Shown piece by piece: positions 49,030 through 62,800 of a DNA stretch of 64,000 nt. The notes beneath the pieces are model-generated. The model saw nothing but the letters and a program-made list of their open reading frames with translations. It did no database searches and was not told where the DNA came from. The stretch comes from Octopus sinensis (Eukaryota): positions 12,214,001 through 12,278,000 of the forward strand of contig NC_042998.1 in the NCBI RefSeq assembly GCF_006345805.1, read 5' to 3'. Numbering within the stretch: position 1 is the stretch's first letter; each line of letters opens with the position of its first letter. The position numbers and the translations under genes are program-made.

Positions 49030-50230
49030 TCAGGTCATCTCATAAGTTCTGTCCAATTTTACCTTTTTAAAATTGAATGAAATTTAATAGTAAGTTAGAA
49101 TGTCTAATAGAATTAAAATTTCTTTGATTACAACCCTTTCTAACATGGAAGTATCCGAAGAACATTTAAGGCACATAATGCTTTATAAGTACAAAAAAGG
49201 AAATTCTGCAGTCGAAGTGACTCGAAACATACACTCAGTTTATAGGAAAGAATGCTTGAATGAAAGAACTTGCAGAAGATGGTTTACAAAATTCAGAAGT
49301 GGAGATTTCAGGCTTAAAGATGAAGAACGAACAGGACGTACAGTTGAGTTTGATGATAAGCTCCTTGAAGCATTACGTGAAGAAAATCCTGGCGATAAAG
49401 CTTGGTTCAAACCATACAACTGTTCATCGTCATCTTCAACAACTTGGAAAGATTCCTAAAGTTGGAAAATGGGTGCTTCATGAATTGTCCGAAAGTAACC
49501 GTAAATCCTGAGTTGACATCTGCTCTTCTCTCCATTCTCGCGAACTCATTTCACCCTTTATGGATAGACTTGTGACTGGTGACGATAGATGGATCTTCTA
49601 TCGAAATGTTAAACGTCGTAAACAGTGGCTTGGTAAAATGGAGGAAGCTCAACCACAACCGAGAAGGGAACATCATGGGAAAAAGGTTCCTCTCTCTACC
49701 TGGTGGGATTGCAAAAGAGTAATTCACTTTGAATTGTTACCACCTAATGCAACAATCAATGCTCAAGTCTATTGTTAGCAATTAGAGCGTTTGAACCAAG
49801 CTTTAAAGGAAAAAAGACCCGCTTTAGTAAATCGAAAAGGAGTGATGCTTCATCGGAACAATGCGCGACCCTACAATGCAAAGATCACATCACAGAAGAT
49901 CGAAGAGCTTAGTTGGGAAAAAAAATCCTCATCCACCTTATTCTCCCGACTTTGCTCCTTCAGATTACCATTTGTTTCGTAGTTTACAGAATCATTTGGG
50001 GGACATAACGTTAGCAAGCCAGGAGGAGGTCGAAACTGACATTTCAGTGTTCTTCACTTTGAAACCAAAAGAGTTTTACATTGATGGGATTAAAAAGCTT
50101 GTAAATAGATGGGTGGAAGTCATAGATAATCAGGGAAAGTACATTGATGATTTATATTTCAATCAAATATAGCATTTGATCACTTGCTTTCTTTATTCAA
50201 AATTTGGACAGAGCTTATGGGATGACCTGA
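49030..50230 (+). mobile_element. Full-length defective mariner transposon (about 1.2 kb)
   Basis: TIRs TCAGGTCATCTCATAAGTTCTGTCCAA / TTGGACAGAGCTTATGGGATGACCTGA, with TA TSDs at 49028-29 and 50231-32. Confidence 0.95.
49145..50150 (+). pseudogene. Frameshifted mariner (DD34D) transposase
   Basis: Track ORFs give HIMLY..RRWFTKFRSGD, WVLHEL, LVTGDDRW, WWDCK, HRNNARP and HPPYSPDFAPSDYHLF across several frames. Confidence 0.92.
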
Positions 50231-53200
50231 TACATTGCCCTGCTACTTCCATACGATTAATCTTTTAATAAATCACTTTTGTAGAGAAACATGTCTATGA
50301 AGTGACCCATCTACATAATAAATTGTTCACAGTGCATTTTTTAAAAGGAAGTTACAGATATTATTGGATACATTTATCACTATTATCTCTTTGATTTTCA
50401 CAAAACTAAATCCATGTCTGTCGCCATTTACACATCACTGATGTAGATCTGAGCAAAAAGCTTCAAAGACACTCGAACCATGAATGCATATAAATCAGTC
50501 TATGTGATTCAAAGTCTATAATTCACTCTGTGAAGGAGGCGAGGTAGAAAATATATTTGCGACGACACTGGAAGCGATGATCAATTAACAAACGAATTGA
50601 TATCATTTTTATTAGTCTACTTTCGCTTCTGAGCACTTAGACGTATCGATCAAATCGATTAAATAAGAAATAGATATAGTAAAGAATAAGAGAAATCTAT
50701 CAGGATTGGCTACACCGCATAATTGCACTCAATTGTTCCCATTTAATACAACTATGATATCATAATTCTAAAAAAAAATGTGTTGCTTTCTTTGTAGGTT
50801 TTAATAGCAATATAAATAGAATTAATGCTATGTTTATTATATTTGTGACTACAACGACATATTCATCGGTTAATCGATTGAGAGGATTGGCTTCTTTCAA
50901 TAATGTTTCTTGTTTTTGTTTCAGCTTCAACCCTTTTCCATGTATATTTCAAAGTTTTAGCTTACTTCAAAAGATACTGCTTGAAGTAGTGGTTTGATAA
51001 CAACACAGAAAAAATGTTATTGTAAAACGTTAGAAAGTACACGCTTATGTTTTGTTATTTATCATTTATGAGCCTCACTATTGTTATGGATTTATGGATT
51101 CTAATTACAAAATCAAGAACAATATTAGCATCCCGTGAAATACTAACTGCTAACAATACTAATTGTTAATAAGTAAAACATTTTGGGGAATTTAATCTTA
51201 TTGATTAAATGATGAAATTCCAAATTAAATGCATTTAATTTTATTAGTGATATTAACATATAAATAAATAAATTACTCTTAAGTACGTCATGGTCTTTTA
51301 AGGATTTATATTTAGTCCTGTGACTAATAAGAGGAGAAATAAATAGACACTATGCTGGGCAATTGAATGACTGCTCCTATTTTTCGAAAGTAGCACATAG
51401 TCATACCAGCATATCATGCAAGCATACATTTAATGTAAACATACACATGTATATCAAGATTCTGATTCACTGGTAAATTTAGAATCAAAGGATAGGATCT
51501 CGTAATTTTACTATGCTCTCCATTGTGTAAATTTCTCTTTTTGAATCTCTCCCCATCGAACATGCTATGATCGTCTCCCTGAAAACGTAATTATGAAAGC
51601 CATTCTTCTCAGATTGAGATATAAATTTGTATTTAAATAAACAAGTAAAATATTCATTAATTCGGTTCATCATTGTCCAAATAATTAGCCAGTATGGTCG
51701 GTTCATCATTCAGTTCTTGACTGCGACTGGAGGCAATATTGACAATTTGTAGGGTTCGATTCCACTTCTTACTTATATGTGAGCAGTTCATTCAACGTTT
51801 CAAATAGTAAAAGGTGGACATATCACATTGTGAGGATTTACCAGTCTATATCCAAGGAAAATGTTCAATCCATCTTGGTAAGCAAATGGCACAAACGTCA
51901 GTTGTGTAGATCTCTAGCTGTATCTGCTATGAATATTTGTTTATAGCGGGTGAGCAAGAGAATCTCTACGTGGTCACTTGACCAACACGAAATGGCATTC
52001 AAGTCTCCTTGTAAATTATATTACATTGTGTAAAAATAGGAAGGACATATGCGCGTCATATTTTAAGACGTCTTGAAATATGACGTCTTAAAATTTAACG
52101 GACTTGTCAAGGCTTGAGAAAAACCTTTGGTTATACGTCTACTCACTTAAGACGAAGCTGGGGATACAATGTATAAGGTTGTTTATACATATGAGAAACA
52201 CATCTCTGAGGGTTACGTGGTTTATTTGTAGATTCAGAGCAGTGCCAGTAACATGTTTAAAACTGTGGATCTTTTCGACCGACTGGATGTCTGATTCCGT
52301 ATTGACTACAGCTTAGGAAATAATCTAAACGAACCAAGTAGAATTTCTCTTGGCATAAAACACAGCCAATAGATGATATTTTTATTTATGAATTTTTTCG
52401 TCTTCGTGTGTTATCCTAACACTGCTAAATATTGATGACGGAAGTATGCTATAAATAACATATTCTTGGAGCCAGATTTATTAAGTAAAATATCATTACT
52501 TTCACATAATTTTTTGCCTCACATTCATGACTTCATATCATTCAGGAATTGATTTTGCTTTCCATCGCTATAGAATCATTAAACTAATAAATAGCAATGT
52601 AGTAGCGTGAGGTGAATCGGTGTACTTTATTCAATGTACTTCTAAACGTTGCACTAAAGTACGCAATGTTTATGGCAAATGTCCTTTTCTCTACAATGGC
52701 TTAAAGAAATAATTTATCTTTTATCTCCAAACTATGATATATTTTTAATAGCTTCTTATTGTTGCAAAATGCTAAAGTTGTTCGTGGTCGTAAAATAACT
52801 ATTTAACTAATTCTATTTACCATACAATATCGTTATTTGTTAGATCTGTCGCCTGCTGGAAGGCTGAGCTCTCACATAACTCAGTTTAAGGAAGTTCTTT
52901 CAACTCAGTATATTATATGAGTCGCAATGCTTGTATTTCATATGCAGAATGCTTGCCTGAATTAAATTCACACAATTAACATCCATACGTGCGCGCGTAA
53001 AAACCAACATAAGCATGCAAACATATACACAGACATACTCTCGTACAAACTTACCTCACAAATATATATATATACATCCTAGATCGAAATTCGAGAATAC
53101 AGAAAAATAACATCAAGCGGACACCTCGACATTTGCTCCACTAACAAACAACCCAGCTTCAGAAGTCTTCCCCTCTATGAATTCAGGAACAATGCAACCT

Positions 53201-53596
53201 GTAGTCAGCACATTAGCAAAAAGTCATAGTTTGTCATAAAATATTAGAATTATGAATCAAATTTGAAAACATCAAGTGGGTAGCAAAAAAACCATCAGAA
53301 GGTGGGTCTTTCTGTTAGTATTTATAATTATACTGAGAACGAATTTACAACAGTGTTATGATATATTTCAAATGGAGTTTTATTTAATGCCTGTTGTAAG
53401 CAGGGACAAATTTAAACATTGTGGGGTCAAAGAAACTTCAGTTTTGATATTCATCTCGTACGGACAAATTAAAAATCCACAGTAAAACACGAAGTTTGTA
53501 CAATAAAGTTCGTTTATTGTATGTAAGTGTATGAGTTACACATGCAAGAAATTACATAAATATTACACAGAAACACACAAGTATGTGAAACATCAC

Positions 53597-53745
53597 ATAT
53601 GACGGGCTTCTTTCAATTTCCGTCCACGAAATCATCTCTCAAGGTATTGGTCAGTTCCAAGCTGTAGTAGAAAACATCCACTCAAGGTGCCAACCAGAGC
53701 CATACGGTTGCGAAGGAAACTTCTAACCACACAACCACGCCTGGA
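53597..53745 (-). mobile_element. Decayed SINE family A 5' half
   Basis: GACGGGCTTCTTTCAATTTCCGTC..CAAGGTGCCA..CTAACCACACAACCACGCCTG. Confidence 0.6.
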
Positions 53746-53825
53746 GCTATATGAAAACATGATTGATGAAACTTTTGCACTTTAGTTAAGGACATTCACA
53801 TGGAGTTGATGTAAAGGATCCATAA

Positions 53826-54253
53826 AGGCGCAGGAGTGGCTGTGTGGTAAGTAGCTTGCTTACCAACCACATGGTTCCGGGTTCAGTCCCACTGCGTGGC
53901 ACCTTGGGCAAGTGTCTTCTGCTATAGCCCCGGGCCGACCAATGCCTTGTGAGTGGATTTGGTAGACGGAAACTGAAAGAAGCCTGTCGTATATATGTAT
54001 GTATATATATGTATAAGTGTGTGTGTGTGGGTTTGTGTGTCTGTGTTTGTCCTCCTAGCATTGCTCGACAACCGATGCTGGTGTGTTTACGTCCCCGTCA
54101 CTTAGCGGTTCGGCAAAAGAGACCGATAGAATAAGTACTGGGCTTACAAAGAATAAGTCCCGGGGTCGATTTGATCGACTAAAGGCGGTGCTCCAGCATG
54201 GCCGCAGTCAAATGACTGAAACAAGTAAAAAAGTAAAAGAGTAAAGAGTAAAA
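53826..54253 (+). mobile_element. SINE family A
   Basis: Full family A structure. Confidence 0.92.
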
Positions 54254-54660
54254 GCATAACAATGAAAATCATAAACTCATAAATAATATATATGAATTTT
54301 GGAATATGAATTTTGGAAACAGAAAAGAGCACAGCGTGGAGCACCATATGCATAGTTCGGTAAAACTTCGTACAAGAGCAGCTGCACATTGGACTGCAGC
54401 AATGAATGAAATAATATAAATATTGACGAGATTCATTATCTAAATGATGCAACACAGATCGTTGGCTAGAAGCATTGATTAGGGCCATGAAAGAAATTTT
54501 CTTTTCGGGACTGGATTGGCGGTGGTGGCAGCTTGCTCTTAATCTGTTAATTTTTTAAAAATATTACCGAGCTACCATATTCGTCTTATTTATTCCGCAC
54601 CTAGTTATAAAAATTATTCCCAAGTAAATGATCTTTAATCGCTATTCCACAGTATGAACA

Positions 54661-54805
54661 ATTCTCAAATTCCGCCAAGATTGACTTTGTCTTTCATCTT
54701 TTCGAGGTCGATAAATTAAGTACCAGTTGCGTACAGAAGTCGATCTAATCGACTGGCCCCCTCCCCCAAAATTTCGGACTTTGTGCCTAGAGTAAAAAGG
54801 AATAT
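54661..54805 (+). mobile_element. SINE family C 3' part
   Basis: CTCAAATTCCGCC..GTCTTTCATCTTTTCGAGGTCGATAAATTAAGTACCAGTT..TTTGTGCCTAGAGTA. Confidence 0.7.
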
Positions 54806-55489
54806 GCACAATTCTATGAATTTTTTGTTTAAAAGATATATATTCTTATTTACTATGCAAATAGTTTTTTAAGATATTTATAAGAAAATAACAACTTTGA
54901 AATAATTCATCTTTGACATCGTGACAATATTTTATGATAAAGCGATTTTATAAAACTAATGGCCCCATAATACTTTCCTGGGGCCTCAATCCTATTCACG
55001 GATAAAAATTCCGATAGTATCGCGGCAAATGGAAAGAGTAAGATCTAACTTTAAAAAATAAATTTATTCTCCATGAGTTGCTGTTGGAAATAAAGCACTG
55101 TAAACTTGTAACACGCATCAAAAGAATCCCAAGGTATGGTAAAAATTCCTAGAAATGCCTCACAGCCGATAACTAACTCACCGCAAATTTGAATAAAGAG
55201 ATACGAAGAAAATGCTTTAAAAATGCGCCTCATTCCTCTCAATGTAACATAAGTTGTGTTTATCTGTAATTTATAATCCTGCTTTCAACAATCCGAAAAG
55301 TAACCCAAAATACCTGGAAGATGAGTATTGTAGGAAATGTATAAGTAAAGCTGTATAAATTAGCTACGTTTCCTCGAAAAAAAAAATTTTTTACGAGACT
55401 TTATCAGTGTTGAAAGCATACGGTTACTGGGAAAATAAATGTTTGGCTACAAAAAAGTTGAAATAAGAAAGAGATAGCGAGAGAGAGAG

Positions 55490-56110
<621 letters not shown>

Positions 56111-56737
56111 TGTTCTGTATGTGTTCATGCATCTACGTCTACTACACAGTAGCTATCATAAATACGTTTGCACCTCCATAAATTTACCTCCTTCTGGTTG
56201 AATTCATGCCAACGCCAAGTTCTCATTCTATAGTTAATAAAATAATTACAACTCATGTTACCCACGTTAACAGTAACAGGAGGAAGAGTCAGCAACTGAT
56301 GATATCATACCTGATTTAGAAATTGTAGCAGTAAATAGATGTATTTCTATCTTATAAAATACTGTTTTGCACTGGTGTTTATTTATAAATTGATATCTTA
56401 CGGAGAGCTTTGAAATAAGGGAAATAAGCTGTATCAAATTACACGAGTTCTCTCCCATACCGAAAGGCATTTCAGTTAAAATTTGGTATTTGAGGAATTT
56501 GGTTTGGTTTGCTCCTCCAGAAATTAGTGTATAGTAGTGTCTGTAGGGCAAATGGATAAGAGTGGATACGATTAACCTCCATTAGACATGTAGAATATCA
56601 CTTTGAAGGATTTTGCCTGTTTATGAGAATAAGCAACAATTAAAAAAAAGTAAAGAAATATTTCTAATGGCGGTGCCCCAGCATGACCACAGTTTTGAGC
56701 AGAAACTACAAAAAAAAGAAGAAAAAAAGGGGAATAT

Positions 56738-57167
56738 GAGTGGGTGTGTGGTAAGTAGCTTACTTACGAACCACATGGTTCCAGGTTCAGTCCCACTGCA
56801 TGCCACCTTGGGCAAGTGTCTTCTACTATAGCCTCGGGCCGACCAAAGTCTTGTGAGTGGATTTGGTTGACGGAAACTGAAAGAAGCCCGTCGTATATAT
56901 GTATAAGTATATATATATGTGTGGGTGTGTTTGTGTGTGTGTATATGTTTGTGTGTCTGTGTTTGTTCCCCCAACATCGCTTGACAACCGATGCTGGTGT
57001 GTTTACGTCCCCGTAACTTAGCGGTTCGGGCAAAGAGACCGATAGAATAAGTACTAGGCTTACAAAGAATAAGTCCTGGGGTCGATTTGCTCGACTAAAG
57101 GCGGTGCTCCAGCATGGCCACAGTCAAATGACTGAAACAAGTGAAAGAGTAAAAAGAGTAAAGAGAG
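56738..57167 (+). mobile_element. SINE family A
   Basis: Family A lacking a few 5' bases. Confidence 0.9.
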
Positions 57168-57414
57168 AATAAACCAAGGTTTCGTTATTTCAGAGTCCTG
57201 ACTGATATCCTGTCTTCAAACCCAAAAATAAATCCTCAACAGGTACTTATTTTATCAACCTCGATATTCTGACAGTCACAGTATCCGTTCCAGGTGCATA
57301 TATGCTGTTGTATTAATTTTTGTTTCATTTTGTATCGTATTAATTTATAATATGTAGTGTCTTATTGTTTCCGCGTGCATTTCTAACCTAGTCACTGATG
57401 GTATATACTACAAG

Positions 57415-57640
57415 ACTTTACTCTTTTACTCTTTTTTCTTGTTTCAGTCATTTGACTGCGGCCATGCTGGAGCACCCCCTTTAGTCGTGCAACTCGACCC
57501 CGGGACTTATTCTTTTGTAAGCCCAGTACTTATTCTATCGGTCTCTTTTGCCGAACCGCTAAGTAACGGGGACATAAACACACCAGCATCGGTTGTCAAG
57601 CAGTGCTAGGGGGACAAACGCAGATACACAAACACACACA

Positions 57641-57675
<35 letters not shown>

Positions 57676-57838
57676 GACGGGCTTCTTTCAGTTTCCGTCT
57701 ACCAAATCCACTCACAAGGCTTTGGTCGGCCCGACGCTATAGTAGAAGACACTTGCCCAAGATGCCACGCAGTGGGACTGAACCCGGAACCATGTGGCTG
57801 GTAGACAAGCTACTTACCACACAGCCACTCCTGCGCCT
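57415..57838 (-). mobile_element. SINE family A (tail-to-tail with the previous copy)
   Basis: Reverse complement of family A. Confidence 0.92.
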
Positions 57839-58640
57839 ATACTTTATTTATTTATTTATTTATTTGATATTGTAGAAAAACATTATTTCATTGGGGTCGA
57901 TTGTAGAAAAAGATGCAGCATAGAGGGGAACACTAGCTTTACTGAAACGTAATATTTAGTTTCCTTCCTCTAAGTTTCAAGTTATCTTGCTGTACTCGTC
58001 GTTAATTTTCAGGATGAAATTTTGTTGTTGTTGTTTTTTTAAATACCAATAATAAATTGATTTTCTAACATGCACCCATAGAAAATGTGCATTGTGGATT
58101 TTATGAACCTCGGGTGGAAAGTATTTATCTTATCGTCTCTTGAAAAGTGTATATGAAAGTCAAAGTCAACCTTCCTATGATTTGTAAGATATTTATAACG
58201 ATATAGCCCTTTATATTCCAATTAACGGACTCATAATAAGAGAGTTGGGTAGAAAGCCTTTCAGCATCCATTCCAGCTCTCTGTAATTTGAATTCAAGTC
58301 GCGTTGGTTTCATATTTGCTTTACATCAAGAAATGAACTAGAGTATCTGAAACAGAATCTGGTAGATAATACATCTCTCTTTTATTAAAGGCAATCTTTT
58401 ATCGAGGAGTTAATTTGTTCTTCAGTTGGCTTACCTATAGTATGTTAACCCGGTGGAGCATAAATTTCAGCAGATAGCAAACGTGTGATAATCTAATCAC
58501 AGTATTTCTACTTAGGAACGACTCGTCAATTATATAATGCTCTTATTTACTTCTGTGAGGGCGATGTATCTCTCAACTCTTCAAGATCGGCGAAGCTAGA
58601 CAGATGGCCAATGAGAATGTCCCAAACTATTGGTTTCAAA

Positions 58641-58844
58641 TTTTGGCACAAGGCCAGCAAGTAAAGAGGAGTGTTAAGTTGATTACATCGACCCTAGTCC
58701 TCAACTAGTACTTATTTTATCAACCTCAAAAAAGATGAAATGCCAAGTCGACCTCGTTCGAATTGGAGCTGAGAACATAAAGACAGACGAAATGCCTCCT
58801 AAGTATTTTGCCCGGCGTGCTAACGATTTTGTCAGCTCGCCGCC
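58641..58844 (-). mobile_element. Diverged SINE family C
   Basis: GGCACAAGGCCAGC..GATTACATCGACCC..CCCGGCGTGCTAACG..AGCTCGCCGCC. Confidence 0.75.
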
Positions 58845-59662
58845 AAAGATGGCACCAACACATTAACACATCCTGTGTTAAGGTGTTTCGTCTTTATAAG
58901 CAGACGGTGTAAATGGTTTCTTAGTTTTCATTTCCAATCTTTCTGGAAGTCTGTTTAACAAGCTCTCTTCTCTAAGATAGTGTTGTTCTTGTTTTCGTCA
59001 TGTATCCCTGAACGATTAAGCCTACGATTAAAAGCATTGTTGCCGTGATGATTCTTTCTTTTTTTCAAGAACAATGTATTTAGAACTTCTTTATTCATTA
59101 TGTATTTTTCATAGACAGGAGGATGTCGTTTTAGAAAGAATTATTTCATAATTTTAGCAAGTGGAACGGTCGCATCAAAACGTTCTCTTTGACTCCAAAT
59201 CATTATTGTAATACAGTACAGTGTAATTTCAAGGAGAGACAGTTGCTTTTTCTACCCACCTCTCTCATTCTTGCACTCATCCCTATTATTCATGCTGTTG
59301 TTGCTGTTGTATAACACCCCCTATATATCACCCTCCCCCCACTATATCACCTCTTATCAATCAGTCTTATGATAGACGGTTTTTGAATGATTAGATGTGA
59401 CGCACTTTTAATTTCTCCTTCCAATTATAATATTCTTTCGTCTAGCTGAGGGTCATAATTCTTACTTCCACATAGAGTGACGAATCTTATAGGATGCCAT
59501 TTGACTGTCAGGATATGTAGCTCTCCCATGTGAACCACCAGCTGCAGCTCGAAGAGCCATCTTCCCAGTTATTCTATATCTCTACTAAGTAGAGATACTG
59601 CACATATTGATATGTAATGATAAATCGTGCGCTAGGTGAAGTGAAGGACGTGCAGATATATA

Positions 59663-60874
59663 CAAGGGCGAGTTAAAAAGTAATACAATTTGTTTTAGTC
59701 CATAGAAATTAAGGAGCACAACCAAACACACCCTATGTTAAAATATAAACTAAATATCAAAGGGGCGCACCCCTGCTTCTCAACACAATCACCACTTCTT
59801 TCAGTGGCAGTATTGCACCAACGAATGGCGGCATGCATCCCAGCTTCGTAAAACTCAGCTGGCTGCTAACGTAGCTAATTTTTTAAAACAGTTTTCACTT
59901 TTTCATCACCACCATAATGATTGCCTTTCAGTGCTTTTTTTCATTGGACAAAGTGGTTGAATTCAGATGAGCAGGTCGAGTGCAACAGAGTTGCCCTGCA
60001 GAAAGAGCTGATTGCCTCCTTTGTTCTAAGATTTGGATAAGGCTTGGAGTTGTCGTGTTGAAGAACTTTATTTATCTCCAAACTTGTTCTTAATGGGCGG
60101 ATTCTTACTCCAAGTCTTTGACACGAAATCGACAAAAATAACACTTTGAGTATCTCAGAAGACAGTCACCATGAATTTTCCCGCTGACTTTTCTGCCTTG
60201 TCTTTGGATGACGCCATTCCCTTGATTGTCTTTCTGCTCTTAGTTCACAATCCAAGTTTCATCATAGGTTATGAGCTTTTGAAAAAGAGTTCAGTGCAAC
60301 AGTTACCTCTTTCAGTCCTGTGCTCATTTTCTGGTCGTTTTGTTACCTAGCAGGCACATCCTTTGAATGTCCAAGTGACTCAATAATGTCATGTGCGTCA
60401 CCATGGTTAACTCTACGCTCATCAATGGTTATACACCTATCACCTCTAATTAAAGCGACTCCTTTTTCCTTGTTGGCAGGGTTGACAGATGTTACCGGGC
60501 GACGACTACGAGACGTGGCTGCTAAGTTTGAATTTCCAAATTCTTTTTAGTTCGATGGATTCTCATTCATACAGCGATCACATCTCCACATATTGCTGTG
60601 GTCTAAAGCTTTTACTTTGTAAACATTTTCCGGTGGCTTGTGAATGTTTACAGAAGTTTTTCGTCAACAAGGAACTAACTTATAGCTTTTGGCTTCTGAC
60701 ACACTTCCAGCTGGTCAGCCATTTTCACATCAGATCATTTATTCTTATATCTGTATTTAAAAAATCAGATAATCAAAAACAAAATGTGCTTTTAGCTCGG
60801 TACCAAATATCAAATAATTTCATTGAAAAATAGGTTTCAGGATAAAAATTTCATTAATCTTATACTCATCCTCG
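59663..60874 (-). mobile_element. Old decayed mariner transposon
   Basis: Degenerate TIRs TA|CAAGGGCGAGT and ACTCATCCTCG|TA; ORF 59941..60144 contains NKVLQHDNSKPY..TKEAISSF..LLHSTCSSEF (HDNARPH/HPPYSPDL-like). Confidence 0.7.
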
Positions 60875-61124
60875 TATTTCTTTGAGTGAGCAATATATCA
60901 ACGCCTTTCATTATTTCCTTATGCCCGCAATTTCTTTCTGATGTCCAGCGTATTCGCCATGCTTGTAATTCTCTCTACTGCTGACTCTATTTCATTATAC
61001 CCTATATTATCTCTACTGCTTAAGTCTTTTTCTTTTCTATACCCATATATCCTCACTCCTGTCCAGTCTATCTTCGTTTTTCGTTCGTACATTCTCTGCA
61101 CTGCTCAGTGGAGTCCTATACAAC

Positions 61125-61510
61125 TGTGTGGAGGCGCAATGGCCCAGTGGTTAGGGCAGCGGACTCGCGGTCATAGGATCGCGGTTTCGATTCCCAGACC
61201 GGGCGTTGTGAGTATTTATTGAGCGAAAACACCTAAAGCTCCATGAGGCTCCGGCAGGGATGGTGGTGATCCCTGCTGTACTCTTTCACCACAACTTTCT
61301 CTCACTCTTATTTCCTGTTTCTGTTGTACCTGTATTTCAAAGGGCCGGTCTTGTCACTCTCTGTGTCACGCTGAATATCCCCGAGAACTACGTTAAGGGT
61401 ACACGTGTCTGCGGAGTGCTCAGCCACTTACACGTTAATTTCACGAGCAGGCTGTTCCGTTGATCGGATCAACCGGAACTCTCGTCGTCGTAACCGACGG
61501 AGTGCTTCCA
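61125..61510 (+). mobile_element. SINE family B flanked by a 128-bp direct repeat
   Basis: Direct repeats 60997-61124 and 61514-61642. Confidence 0.92.
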
Positions 61511-62219
61511 TCCATACCCTATATTATCTCTACTGCCTAAGTCTTTTTTCTTTTCTATACCCATATATCCTCACTCCTGTCCAGTCTACCTTCGTTTTTC
61601 GTTCGTACATTCTCTGCACTACTCAGTGGAGTCCAATACAACCGTACATTCTGTTGGTGACAGGGAAGGAAGACAAGGTTGATTAAGTCAGACAGCTACG
61701 GCTGCTGTGGCTCTATACAGTGCAGTGTTTGAAGCTAATGATGCTACATTATTCCTTTTTGTGTTTCTTTCCTTTTATATTTGTTTGAAATTGATCGGTG
61801 GGATAGTCTTTTTAGAACAATATTTTAGTTGTGTTAATGTGCGTTGTGTGAATGCATGCCTGTTTGGATGTGATTTTCTATATATTGGTTTGCACTGTGA
61901 TAGACGAAGTTTGGTACGGCAACAAACTGTTCTCCTTGCGTATCCAAAGAATTCTTTTACTTTTTGCATAACATTTGTTTCGTTGTGTCGGTTGTGTGCA
62001 CGAGTAAAATGTGTGGCGATGCACAATGTGCTATTTTGAGTTCTTTGTAGTCTATTGAGCTATTTTTTTGGGGGGGGGGGTAAAATGGTAGTTCTTTGGG
62101 TGAGCAATATATCCACGCGCTTCCTTATTTCTATATGTCCTTGCTTATTGGACGGCTTAATCGATGATAGATTTAGCATATGTCTTGTACATCTTTTTTG
62201 CTTACGCCTGTGGGCCAAA

Positions 62220-62800
62220 TTAGGTAGGACTGAGTGTTCTAAGTACTTTTGTATAACATTTTGTGGTCTTTTCTGTGTCTTCTATATGTGGAAGTGTTAT
62301 ATTTAATTTCTTTGCCATCTCTGTTTGTGGTATGTTTGTGTTGTTACATATTGAAAGGAATAAGTGATGAGACGAATATTTGTGGTAGTCTAATCGCACA
62401 ATTGGAAATTTTGGAAATATATGTGTACACTGCATAAACTAGGTGACTTAACATATAAGTTGCTAATAAGTTCTGTGTGTTGTTTCGTGGGAAAGATTTG
62501 GGCAATTTCTAAATATGTGTATAGCGATTAATGGAATCGAAAGATTTGGTGCTGCAAGTTGTAGTTAAGATATAGCGTGTGAAAGGATTTTATGGAAAGA
62601 TTTTATTGCTAAGGTTTTCATGATGTATCTTTGTGCTAGAATTAGAGTTAGGGTTAGGGTTAGGGTTAGGGATAGGGTTAGGGTTAGGGTTAGTCTAATG
62701 TAATAGTTTAAGCCTGTTTTGTGTTTTGAGGAAAGGAAAGGTATGACATGGGAAGCCATCCAATACGCAAATAGAACAATACTGTGTCTGGATGACGTAA
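62220..62800 (-). pseudogene. Decayed non-LTR reverse transcriptase fragment
   Basis: Minus strand WMASHVIPFL..NYY, then KSFDSINR (about 62518-62545); clade not resolved. Confidence 0.55.
62642..62693 (+). repeat. Interstitial telomeric repeat (TTAGGG)n, about 8.7 units
   Basis: TTAGAG (TTAGGG)4 ATAGGG (TTAGGG)2 TTAG. Confidence 0.9.

Noticed and set aside
56291-56340. CTGATGA..GAAA..GTA hammerhead-like core
   Set aside because: No helix I pairing (CAGCAA vs AATAG). It shows that cores alone arise by chance, so helix I was required for accepted calls.
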